Positions 16,779 to 25,505 of a DNA stretch of 30,370 bases are shown here, one piece after another. Below the pieces are notes generated by a model. The model was not told the DNA's origin. It was given only the letters and a program-made list of their open reading frames with translations, and made no database searches. Each line of letters starts with the position of its first letter. Within the stretch, counting starts at the first letter, position 1. Source of the stretch: a virus. Lineage: Duplodnaviria; Caudoviricetes. Location: the IMG/VR virus record IMGVR_UViG_3300012348_000186, positions 1-30,370 of that record; one strand, given 5' to 3'. Position numbers and translations under genes: made by a program.

Positions 16779-17183
16779 ATGAGCATGGACGATCTCCGTA
16801 GCCAATGTGCACGAATGAAAGAACTGCAGGGTCAGAAAGACAAGCTGGAGACAGAGCTTTCTGATATTAACAAGGAGCTGGACGTTATCCGCACCAAAAA
16901 GATACCCGAATTGATGGAGTCGATGGAGTTGCGCAACGTGACCATCGAAGGTCTTGGGCGGGTTCAATTGGCAGCTGACATTTACGCCTCGACGCGTGAG
17001 GGTCAGAAAGAAGCGGCTATGACTTGGCTCCGTGATTGTGGTTACGACAACATGATCACCGAGACTTACAACGCCTCCAGCATTAAAGCCCTGTTCCGAC
17101 GCCTCATGGCCGATGGAGCAGACATCCCAGACGACATCTTCAACGTACAGCCCTTTCTGCGTGCATCTATTGTGAAAGCTTAA
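16779..17183 (+). CDS. phage replication-region protein (coiled coil plus small domain)
   Basis: Start ATG 16779; IPELMESMELRNVTIEG...AAMTWLRDCGYDNMI. Confidence 0.8.
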   Translation: MSMDDLRSQCARMKELQGQKDKLETELSDINKELDVIRTKKIPELMESMELRNVTIEGLGRVQLAADIYASTREGQKEAAMTWLRDCGYDNMITETYNASSIKALFRRLMADGADIPDDIFNVQPFLRASIVKA

Positions 17184-17186
17184 ATC

Positions 17187-17348
17187 ATGATACCATTGAC
17201 AATTGCCCAAAAAATGTATTTGTACTTGTTCAAAGTACCTGACACCAACGTGTTGTTTGGTCACAAGCTCGGTAAATCCGAGTCAAACACCAAGAGCGGT
17301 CCGGGTCGCAAGCACAAACAAGGTCCAAAGACGTCTAACCAGCGTTAA
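17187..17348 (+). CDS. 53-aa basic peptide (not in ORF track)
   Basis: MIPLTIAQKMYLYLFKVPDTNVLFGHKLGKSESNTKSGPGRKHKQGPKTSNQR*; fills the gap, starting 3 nt after the upstream stop. Confidence 0.5.
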   Translation: MIPLTIAQKMYLYLFKVPDTNVLFGHKLGKSESNTKSGPGRKHKQGPKTSNQR

Positions 17349-17420
17349 TCGAATTCTGTCCACGTGGATCGGGGTACACCGGACGGATTTTTCAACCACC
17401 CCTGTTTTTAGGAAATCAAA

Positions 17421-18188
17421 ATGGCTACCACCAAGAAGACTGAAGTTGCAGTGAAAGAAGAAGGCGCATTGGCATTCGCACAAGAGTTGCCCTCGTACAT
17501 GAGCCAAGGCACAGCCCGTGGCTCCGAAGAGGTGAAAGCCTCCGACATCGTTCTGCCCCGACTGGAGATTGTGCAAGCATTGTCCCCCATCAAGGAAACG
17601 AACGAAGACGCTCGTGAGGGCCATCTGTTCAACTCCGTTACTCAAGAGGTGCTCGGTGAGCTGATCTATTTCGTCCCCGTCTATTACCGCATGGAATATC
17701 TGGTCTGGAAAGATCAAGACCAAGGTGGTGGCTTCTTCGGCTCATTCAACAGCCAGAAAGAAGCGGACGAGCGCAAAGCCCAAGCTGTCTCCGAAGGCGA
17801 GAACCCCGAGCACATCGAAATCGTCGACACCCCTGTCCAATACGGTCTCCGGATCGCTGAGGGTGGTGACATCGAGCAGATCGTGATTTCCATGGCCAAG
17901 ACCAAATCCAAGGTCTCGCGCAAGTGGAACGCCATGATCCAGATCGCTGGTGGTGACCGTTTCAGCCGTGTCTACAAGATCGCCACGTTCCGCGACGAGA
18001 ACAAGAAGGGCCAAAAGTTCTTCAACTATGTCGTGCAGCCCGCTGGTTACACCCCAGAGCGTGTTTATCACGAAGCCGAGAAGATGTACAACGTGCTCAA
18101 GACGCAGGATTTCCGCGTTGCCCACGAGACTGTCTTTGAAGCTGATGGATCCGACCACCCCGCGACTGCCGAGCGTGGTGAACTGTAA
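17421..18188 (+). CDS. putative ssDNA-binding/annealing protein
   Basis: 255 aa, acidic C-terminal tail, located before the polymerase and followed by a terminator; function inferred from context. Confidence 0.55.
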   Translation: MATTKKTEVAVKEEGALAFAQELPSYMSQGTARGSEEVKASDIVLPRLEIVQALSPIKETNEDAREGHLFNSVTQEVLGELIYFVPVYYRMEYLVWKDQDQGGGFFGSFNSQKEADERKAQAVSEGENPEHIEIVDTPVQYGLRIAEGGDIEQIVISMAKTKSKVSRKWNAMIQIAGGDRFSRVYKIATFRDENKKGQKFFNYVVQPAGYTPERVYHEAEKMYNVLKTQDFRVAHETVFEADGSDHPATAERGEL

Positions 18189-18230
18189 ACCCTTTCCCTC
18201 CCCCCTCGCAGTTGCCGCTTAGAGGGTTTT

Positions 18231-18260
18231 GCCCCCTTACCGAAAGGTGAGGGGGTTTTT
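18231..18260 (+). terminator. rho-independent terminator
   Basis: CCCCCTTACC-GAAA-GGTGAGGGGG followed by TTTTT. Confidence 0.8.
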
Positions 18261-18279
18261 CAGATGATAGACGAATAGC

Positions 18280-20112
18280 ATGTTCCCAAGAATCGACCCC
18301 AAGACGCCTATCGGTTTCGACTACGAGACCAGCGGCCTCCAATATTGGCAACCCGATTTCCGGGTTGTCGGCGTATCAGTCGCCACCCCCGACGCCCAAG
18401 GATGGTATTGGGATCTCCGCGAGACCCCCCAAGCCGTCCAATGGCTCCACGACCTTCTTGCCGACCGAGTGGTTGTCGCCCACAATGCCCAATTCGAAGT
18501 TCAGTGCACCCGAGTTCTCGGTATCGATCCCCGAAAGGTCAACTGGTACTGTACTATGGTCGGCCAATGCCTGATCAATGAACACCTGTTATCCTATTCG
18601 CTATCCAACGTGGCGAAGCACAACGGAATCGAGACGCGTAAAGAAGAGCACCTCGAAAACATTCGCGCCACGATGGGTTGGAAGAACAGCGCCGAGGTGA
18701 TGCAGCGATTCTCCGAGATCCCCGCTGCTGTTGCGGCTCCCTACGGCATTTCCGACTCGCTGGACGCGATCGCGATCTACGCCAAGCACGTGGCCGAGAT
18801 CGAGCGCCAGAGTCTGCAAGAAGTGGTCCGCCTCGAAATGGATCTGCTCCCGGTACTCGCCGACATGTCGTGGCACGGTGTTCGGGTCGATCTTGAAGCC
18901 GCTCATGCCGCCATCCCCAAGCTGGACGAGAAAGAGCAGCAGCTCCAGAAAGAAGTGGACGAGATGGTCGGATCGCCGTTCAATGTCAACTCCAGTCCCA
19001 AGATCCGCGAATTCTTCAAGCCCGAACCAGTCAGCCGCTTTCAATGGAAGTTGATCGACGGTACGCTCGTGGGACCGACCAAAGGCGGAAAAGGCCCATC
19101 GCTCGACCAGAACGCTATGCGGGAGATGAAACACCCGTTGGCCAAGAAAATACTAGACCTGCGCAAGACGATTAAACTGCGTGACACGTTCATTCGTGGC
19201 CACGTGATCGGAAGCGCCGACCAAGACGGATATGTCCACACAAGTTTTAACCAGACCCGCAACGACGCGGACGCCGGAACAGTCACCGGACGACTCTCTT
19301 CAACAGACCCAGCGTTGCAGCAAATCACCAAGCGGGACAAGGACAATGCCGCCATCCTCCGTGCCATGTTCCTCCCCGACGCCGATCATCTCTGGATGTG
19401 TGCCGACTACTCACAAGTCGATTTCCGTTGTGGAGCGCATCTTCAGAACGACCCGAACGTACTGGCAGCTTACCGAGAAAACCCCCAACTCGACTACCAC
19501 CAAGTCGTGTCGGAAATGACCGGAATTCCCCGCAACCCACCGTACGCTGGAGCGCCGAACACGAAGCAGGTGAACCTCGGGCTGTCCTTTGGTGCTGGCC
19601 AAGGAAAGCTGGCTTTCATGATGGGCATGCCGTTTCAGGTGCGGGAGTTCAAGGGCAAGATGCAGTATCTACCCGGACCCGAAGCGACAGCGATTTTCGA
19701 GCTTTATCATAAGAAGCTCCCAGCAGTTAAGGAATTCATGAAGCGTGCCGAGAACGTGGCAAAAGAGACAGGGTATGTCAAGACCCAGATCGGGCGACGC
19801 CTCCGCTTTCCACATGGCCAAGGCGCACACAAGGCAGCGGGACTGCTTTATCAAGCCTACGCTGCGGATCTCCATAAAGCCGGATTGGTGCTCACCGATC
19901 GGGCGATTCGAGCAGGAAATTTACCGGCACGATTGATGCTGTCGGTACACGACGAGATTGGCGTGTCGATGCCGCGAGATGACTCTGTGCGGGACGAAAT
20001 CGTCAGACAATACACCTACTTCAACGCTGACGACTCGCCGATCAAGATGAGAGTCCCGATCGCGGCCAGCGCTGATTATGGTGTTAACTGGTACGAAGCA
20101 AGTAAAAACTGA
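18280..20112 (+). CDS. dpoZ: family A DNA polymerase, DpoZ type (3'-5' exo plus pol, no 5'-3' exo)
   Basis: Exo FDYETSG and HNAQFE; TVTGRLSS; motif A DYSQVDFR; motif B KQVNLGLSFG; motif C LSVHDE; adjacent to purZ. Confidence 0.88.
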   Translation: MFPRIDPKTPIGFDYETSGLQYWQPDFRVVGVSVATPDAQGWYWDLRETPQAVQWLHDLLADRVVVAHNAQFEVQCTRVLGIDPRKVNWYCTMVGQCLINEHLLSYSLSNVAKHNGIETRKEEHLENIRATMGWKNSAEVMQRFSEIPAAVAAPYGISDSLDAIAIYAKHVAEIERQSLQEVVRLEMDLLPVLADMSWHGVRVDLEAAHAAIPKLDEKEQQLQKEVDEMVGSPFNVNSSPKIREFFKPEPVSRFQWKLIDGTLVGPTKGGKGPSLDQNAMREMKHPLAKKILDLRKTIKLRDTFIRGHVIGSADQDGYVHTSFNQTRNDADAGTVTGRLSSTDPALQQITKRDKDNAAILRAMFLPDADHLWMCADYSQVDFRCGAHLQNDPNVLAAYRENPQLDYHQVVSEMTGIPRNPPYAGAPNTKQVNLGLSFGAGQGKLAFMMGMPFQVREFKGKMQYLPGPEATAIFELYHKKLPAVKEFMKRAENVAKETGYVKTQIGRRLRFPHGQGAHKAAGLLYQAYAADLHKAGLVLTDRAIRAGNLPARLMLSVHDEIGVSMPRDDSVRDEIVRQYTYFNADDSPIKMRVPIAASADYGVNWYEASKN

Positions 20113-20125
20113 AAGGAAGATAGAA

Positions 20126-21172
20126 ATGACACACAAAGTCGATATGGTTCTGGATTTCCAGTACGGAAGCACCGGAAAAGGTCTGATTGCTGGCTACTTG
20201 GCCAAGCGAGAAAATTACGATACCGCCATCTGTGCTTTCGCCACAAATGCGGGTCACACGTACATTGACGCAGAACGCGGCATTCACGTGATGACGCAAC
20301 AGCTCCCGACGGCCATCACAAGCCCCACAGTGCGCAACATCCTAATCGGTCCCGGCTCCGCGATTCATCTGGAGACACTAAAGGAGGAGATCGCTCGGTA
20401 TTCCCAATATTTGGAAGGCAAGAAGGTCTTGATTCACCCTCATGCTGCTGTCGTGGAAGATTACCATGCCGAGTTCGAAATGTCGGATGGCCGCACCAAG
20501 ATGGGATCAACTGCAAAAGGCGTGGGCGAAGCCTATATCGAGCGGATTCGACGGAACCCTGAAAATCCGAACACTATCGGTCGACGGGTCTCGACAGACG
20601 ACGCTCTCCGTGGTATGATCGCCACTCCAGAGGAGTACCGCGACGCCCTCGCTGCTGCTGAATCAGTGATCGTTGAGGGTGCTCAGGGTTTCTCCCTGTC
20701 GATGTACCATGGCCAATATCCGTACACGACATCACGGGACGTGACGCCATGGCAGGTAGCAGCAGATTGCGGACTCCCCTATAAATGGGCGTCCTACATC
20801 AAAGTTATCGGTACATTGCGGACATTCCCGATCCGGGTTAGCAACCGTGACGGATCTTCTGGTCCTCATTACCCTGACCAAGTGGAGTTGAAATGGGAAG
20901 ACATCGGGCTGAACGCGGAATTGACAACGGTGACCAAGCTGCCCCGACGCATCTTTTCATTCAGCCAAACCCAGCTGCAGGAAGCGCTCTGGCATTGTGG
21001 CGGTTATTGGGACACTCGACTGTTCCTCAACTTTGCCAACTACGTGACCGACAAGCAGTTGCTTGACGAGATGATCGCGATGATTGAGTCCCCGACAAAG
21101 ATGAACATGAACAACGCCAAAGTGGCTTGGATCGGCAACGGTCCCGATGATAAGGATGTGGTGGCACGATGA
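20126..21172 (+). CDS. purZ: PurZ, N6-succino-2-amino-2'-deoxyadenylate synthase (PurA paralog)
   Basis: QYGSTGKG (Ser for the PurA catalytic Asp of GDEGKG), NAGHT, EGAQG, YPYTTSRD, PIRV, ELTTVTKLPRR, and NFANY in place of PurA TKLD; start ATG 20126. Confidence 0.95.
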   Translation: MTHKVDMVLDFQYGSTGKGLIAGYLAKRENYDTAICAFATNAGHTYIDAERGIHVMTQQLPTAITSPTVRNILIGPGSAIHLETLKEEIARYSQYLEGKKVLIHPHAAVVEDYHAEFEMSDGRTKMGSTAKGVGEAYIERIRRNPENPNTIGRRVSTDDALRGMIATPEEYRDALAAAESVIVEGAQGFSLSMYHGQYPYTTSRDVTPWQVAADCGLPYKWASYIKVIGTLRTFPIRVSNRDGSSGPHYPDQVELKWEDIGLNAELTTVTKLPRRIFSFSQTQLQEALWHCGGYWDTRLFLNFANYVTDKQLLDEMIAMIESPTKMNMNNAKVAWIGNGPDDKDVVAR

Positions 21173-21555
21173 ACCAGCTTGAACTACAACTCGACATGAC
21201 AGTCGCGGAATTGGACCGGGAGAACCGCCTTCTTCGCGCCCGTAACGACCGCCTGTCCAGCGAGAAGCCATTCGATATCGACGTTTTGGCCGAAGAGGTA
21301 ACGAGATGGGCGAATCAGGCGTTCCCGAACCGCACTGATGCTAGCATGTTCCTAAAGATGTATGAGGAAATCGGTGAGGTCATTCGCTCCGGTGGTGACC
21401 GACTGGAGGTCGCCGACCTCTTTATCCTGATCCTCGACTACGCGAAACGCAAGAATATTGTTCTGCGTGACGCCATTGGCGAGAAGCTGGAAATTAACCG
21501 TAACCGTGACTGGAAGCTGAATGCTGACGGCACAATGAGCCACAAGGACAAATGA
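21169..21555 (+). CDS. mazZ: MazZ / DUF550-type dGTP (dATP) diphosphohydrolase
   Basis: MazG-like W....FP...KMYEEIGEV...EVADLFILILD...EKLEINRNRDW; coupled to purZ. Confidence 0.85.
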   Translation: MNQLELQLDMTVAELDRENRLLRARNDRLSSEKPFDIDVLAEEVTRWANQAFPNRTDASMFLKMYEEIGEVIRSGGDRLEVADLFILILDYAKRKNIVLRDAIGEKLEINRNRDWKLNADGTMSHKDK

Positions 21556-22097
21556 TCATGGACGATTTTCGCGTAGATACTGAGATTGAGGCTGGGATTG
21601 AGGCGGTGACCCGTTTCCAGTCAATCAAACGTTGGCATATGGTCGACACGACCCGCACACAGTCGATCGCAGAGCATTCAGCGAATGTCGCGCTACTCGC
21701 GTATCATATCGCCATATTCGCTCCGGGAGTATACTTCGGTTCTGCTGCTGGTGTGCTGGCCCCGGCGCTGTTCCACGATTTGCCGGAAGTGTTCATGGGC
21801 GACATCCCGACCCACACGAAGAAATATCTGACTGGCGTCAAGGAATTGGAAGACCGACTGACCCCTACGGAGTTTAAGTACGAAGCCGCCGAAAACGTCC
21901 ACCTGCTGATCAAGCTCTGCGATCTGGCCGATGGTATCCGATTCATCGAAAAGTATGGCGTTGATCGTGTCGCCATTTTCGCCATGGAGGGGTTACGTAC
22001 TCAATTGAGGAATAAACTGCTCCAAGCCCGTGCAGCGTGGCCAGAGCATGTTTATGCGGTCGTCGACGAGAAGATCGCTGCGTATTTATTCCAATGA
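21552..22097 (+). CDS. datZ: DatZ HD-domain dATP triphosphohydrolase
   Basis: KRW...QSIAEHS...LFHDLPEVFMGDIPT...IKLCD, YfbR-like HD motifs; within the purZ operon. Confidence 0.88.
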   Translation: MIMDDFRVDTEIEAGIEAVTRFQSIKRWHMVDTTRTQSIAEHSANVALLAYHIAIFAPGVYFGSAAGVLAPALFHDLPEVFMGDIPTHTKKYLTGVKELEDRLTPTEFKYEAAENVHLLIKLCDLADGIRFIEKYGVDRVAIFAMEGLRTQLRNKLLQARAAWPEHVYAVVDEKIAAYLFQ

Positions 22098-22540
22098 ACC
22101 AGCGGGAACTAGCATTTCGGAAAGACCTGATCGCTCGTATGGGCGGTCGGTGGTACGCCGCGATTCATGTGGAGAATCATTTGAATCCCGGTGTCCCGGA
22201 TCTGTCCTACGTTATGGTGGCTCCCGGTCACGAAACAGGATGGCTTGAGTTGAAAGCAACGACTCGGGCTATCAAACATAAAAATTTACAGCTCAAAGTA
22301 GAGCCGTCACAACATCAGTGGATGATCAAGTACGCACATCGCGTGCCGACACATTTTCTGATTAAAGTGTCGGATCATTATTACTTGGTGTCTGGAACGA
22401 AGCATACTCATTTGGCCGACGCGGTAACTGAGGCGGACCTGATCCGGATAGCGGCAGCAGTCTTCGACGAAGACAATCTGGTTCAAGGATTGACAACGAC
22501 ATTGTCGGGTCTCACCCGGAGGGATAGAAATGGATCTTAA
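22094..22540 (+). CDS. PD-(D/E)xK nuclease (VRR-NUC / Holliday junction resolvase-like)
   Basis: E...GVPDL...GWLELK...SQHQW; start ATG 22094 overlaps the datZ stop. Confidence 0.8.
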   Translation: MNQRELAFRKDLIARMGGRWYAAIHVENHLNPGVPDLSYVMVAPGHETGWLELKATTRAIKHKNLQLKVEPSQHQWMIKYAHRVPTHFLIKVSDHYYLVSGTKHTHLADAVTEADLIRIAAAVFDEDNLVQGLTTTLSGLTRRDRNGS

Positions 22541-25085
22541 ACAATTATATGGGGACATAAAACCCGCGATCATGATCAAGAACGCTCTTGACCTGATTCA
22601 CGAGCCGGGAGAAGTCTTTGAAATTCGAATCCCCAAGACAAAAGCCGGAACGCTGAGCGGATATTTCAACGACACGGGGAAAGCCGCCGTTATCATCGCC
22701 CGTGAGAACGGTAAACACCAAGGCGTCTACGCCACAGTTAACCCGGTAAAACCTTCGCTGCTGGCGCGAATGGAAAACATCATGGGGATTAGCCAGACGA
22801 CCACAACGGATAGCGAGATCGAGCGCCGCCGCTGGTTCCTGCTGGACTTCGACCCCGTGCGCCCTACCGGGATCTCGTCAACGGACGGTGAAGTCGCAAT
22901 GGCTCAAGACGCGGCTATCCGCACCTCCGAATGGCTGACCAGTATCGGATGGCCTGAGCCAATGCACGCTAGCAGCGGCAACGGCTGGCACTTGATGTAC
23001 CGGATCGACGAGCCGAACGATGACGCGACAAAAATCGATATCGAGTTCGCCACGAAGATGTTGTCGTCCATCTTCACAGATGACAAAGTACAAGTGGACT
23101 CGGTGGTCCACAATGCGTCACGGATCTGGAAGATCTACGGCACAGTAAGCATGAAGGGATCCTCCACTGCTGAACGTCCACACCGAGTGGCAAAGCTGGA
23201 AAAAGTCCCCGAGAAATTCGAGTTGGTCTCTCGTGAGCAGATCGAGAATGTGGCTCGTGCTTTGCGAGACGCCAAGACCGACGAATACAAGGACATGTCC
23301 GGTGAATACATCACCGACATGGTGAAATGGCTGACCGAGCGTGGCCAGACCGTTATGAGCGGTCCCCGCCCGATGTTCGGTAATGAGGGTCAGAAATGGA
23401 TCCTCTCGAAATGTCCTTTCGACCACAACCATTCCGGCCCAATGGTCGGTCTGGTTAATAATCGGCCAGTGTTTCGATGCCTCCACAACTCGTGCTCCTC
23501 CTACCGTTGGAAAGAGTACCGCGAGAAGATCGACCCGAATTTCAAAGACCCCGAGACCATCTTCGCTCGACTGCAAGAGTGGTGCGATGGTGACACCGAG
23601 AAGCCCGACGCTGAATTGCTCCAATCGGCCAGCGCTACTGGTAAGCAGCTGCAGAACATCATCAAGAAGCTGCAGAAAGTTAGCTCTCGCGCACGAGTCC
23701 ACGCCCTCGAAGCATTTCTGAAAGAAGAGCGCCGCCGATTCCTGAAAGACACGATCGGCGAGAACAACGAAAAAGGCAACTTAGTCGGCCTGATCAACCG
23801 GACTCGCGCCATGCAAGAAGCTGGCGACATTCCGATGTATTGGATCGCCGACTATGACCACCGGATTCGTGCGGGAGCCGTTGGGGATGTGACAGCCGCC
23901 AAACATTCAGAGGCGGACGAGATCGGATTAATGGTTAAATACCACTCACTCGGTGATTCGTGGGTCAAGCAGACGCACACCGCTCAAGTGATCCGCTACC
24001 TTGCCGAATCTTATCGCGTCAACCCGCTTAAAGTATTCCTCAAAGCCAAACGCTGGGACGGTATCGAGCGGCTAGGTAACTGGTTGCCACACTATATGGG
24101 GACCAAGGACGACGACTACACCCGAGCCGTTGGCCGTAAATGGTGGATCTCCGCCGTTGCCCGAGCCATGGAACCCGGTTGCCAAGCCGACCATATGCTT
24201 ATTATGGAAGGTCGACAGGGTGTCGGCAAATCCCGAGCCGCCCGTATAATCGGCGGATCGTTTTATACCGAATTCTCCGGCACTGTTCACGGCCACACCG
24301 CCATCAAAGATCTGGTCGCTACTATCTCCGGAAAGATCGTGGTCGAGATGTCTGAACTGGCGACAATGCGCCGTGCCGAGATCGAGTCGCTAAAGGCGAT
24401 TTTGACCACCACCACCGACGATGTGCGGCTTTCTTATGAGCGTGACGTTAAATCCTACCCCCGCACCTGCGTGTTTATCGGCACGACGAACGAATTAGGT
24501 GGAAGCTATATTGCTGACGCCACTGGCGCACGCCGATTCTGGCCGATTGCGGTCGGAATGACTGGCCCCATTAAAGTGACATTGCTGGAGCAGGACGTCG
24601 ACCAGTTATGGGCCGAAGCTGTGGAAGCCTACGAAAATGGTGAAGATTGGTACTCAGTCCCGGTAGATCTGGCCGCACAAGAACAGTACGACCGACAAAT
24701 CACGATCGAAGACGCAGAGCCTTGGTATCCACGAATCCGCCAAGCACTGACAGACCCCGACAGTTTCGCCGAGGTGTTCACGGCAGTCGACGAATGGAAG
24801 AGTGGAGAAAAGACTGGAACGTTCGTAATCCGAGCCGCTCCCATCAGCACGATTCTCAGCGTTATCATCGGCCTCGACCCAGCCCGTCAAGCTGGTAGCG
24901 ACGTGATCCGGGTGCGGAGGGTGCTGGAGACAATTGGGTTCAAGAAGACTCGCCCGTCAAAAGGATGGCACGGGTCGGCGTACGCATACGATCTGAAGCG
25001 GGAATCAGTGGAACACATCTGGCCAGCCATCACAGCCGCCAAGAACGCCACTAAATTCCCGAAACACGCAAAGAGTGAGGAATGA
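22530..25085 (+). CDS. AEP primase-polymerase / Zn-finger / VirE (VapE)-type helicase fusion
   Basis: LLDFDP, SSGNGWH, RIWKIYGT; CPF...H...CLHNSC; Walker A EGRQGVGKS, VVEMSE, FIGTTN, TGARRFWP. Confidence 0.88.
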   Translation: MDLKQLYGDIKPAIMIKNALDLIHEPGEVFEIRIPKTKAGTLSGYFNDTGKAAVIIARENGKHQGVYATVNPVKPSLLARMENIMGISQTTTTDSEIERRRWFLLDFDPVRPTGISSTDGEVAMAQDAAIRTSEWLTSIGWPEPMHASSGNGWHLMYRIDEPNDDATKIDIEFATKMLSSIFTDDKVQVDSVVHNASRIWKIYGTVSMKGSSTAERPHRVAKLEKVPEKFELVSREQIENVARALRDAKTDEYKDMSGEYITDMVKWLTERGQTVMSGPRPMFGNEGQKWILSKCPFDHNHSGPMVGLVNNRPVFRCLHNSCSSYRWKEYREKIDPNFKDPETIFARLQEWCDGDTEKPDAELLQSASATGKQLQNIIKKLQKVSSRARVHALEAFLKEERRRFLKDTIGENNEKGNLVGLINRTRAMQEAGDIPMYWIADYDHRIRAGAVGDVTAAKHSEADEIGLMVKYHSLGDSWVKQTHTAQVIRYLAESYRVNPLKVFLKAKRWDGIERLGNWLPHYMGTKDDDYTRAVGRKWWISAVARAMEPGCQADHMLIMEGRQGVGKSRAARIIGGSFYTEFSGTVHGHTAIKDLVATISGKIVVEMSELATMRRAEIESLKAILTTTTDDVRLSYERDVKSYPRTCVFIGTTNELGGSYIADATGARRFWPIAVGMTGPIKVTLLEQDVDQLWAEAVEAYENGEDWYSVPVDLAAQEQYDRQITIEDAEPWYPRIRQALTDPDSFAEVFTAVDEWKSGEKTGTFVIRAAPISTILSVIIGLDPARQAGSDVIRVRRVLETIGFKKTRPSKGWHGSAYAYDLKRESVEHIWPAITAAKNATKFPKHAKSEE

Positions 25086-25505
25086 TTATTTCGCTGCGCC
25101 GCGCACTTTTTCCCAGCTGCGGCCAGCGACGTAACCCGTCATAACCACCCCGAACAACGTCAATACGTCTTCAGGGATAGCGGTCAACCACAGCTTGAAC
25201 CCATTGGTGAACGCTACAGCCGCTTCAGGCTTGAATACGGTGATCAGGCCCATTGGGATCGACCAGAGTAGCAGGATGTACACCACGTACAGGAAAGATG
25301 GCCTCGCCCGACTGGTCCACGGATCTGCTGATTGCGCTTCGGCGATGATCGCAGACAGTGACGCTTTCATCTCCTCCAACTCGCCCGATTGCTGCATTCG
25401 AAGTAGCTCCAGCTGAGCTTTCGCCTTTTCAGCCGGATCTGGGATCAACTTGTCGATGAGTTTGCCGCCGATTGAAAAAATACCGCCGAGTGTCACCGGG
25501 TCCAT
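25086..25505 (-). CDS. holin, 3TM (GTA-type) family
   Basis: Start ATG 25505; LIDKLIPDP..KAKAQLEL...I.AEAQS..W.SRARP, TM segments, GY..GRSWEK. Confidence 0.75.
   Translation of the reverse strand: MDPVTLGGIFSIGGKLIDKLIPDPAEKAKAQLELLRMQQSGELEEMKASLSAIIAEAQSADPWTSRARPSFLYVVYILLLWSIPMGLITVFKPEAAVAFTNGFKLWLTAIPEDVLTLFGVVMTGYVAGRSWEKVRGAAK

Noticed and set aside
17196-17225. TTGACA as a -35 box
   Set aside because: No acceptable -10 at 16-18 bp; lies inside the small 17187-17348 ORF
20126-21172. Ordinary adenylosuccinate synthetase (purA) as an auxiliary metabolic gene
   Set aside because: Catalytic Asp replaced by Ser, TKLD replaced by NFANY, and mazZ/datZ neighbours indicate PurZ
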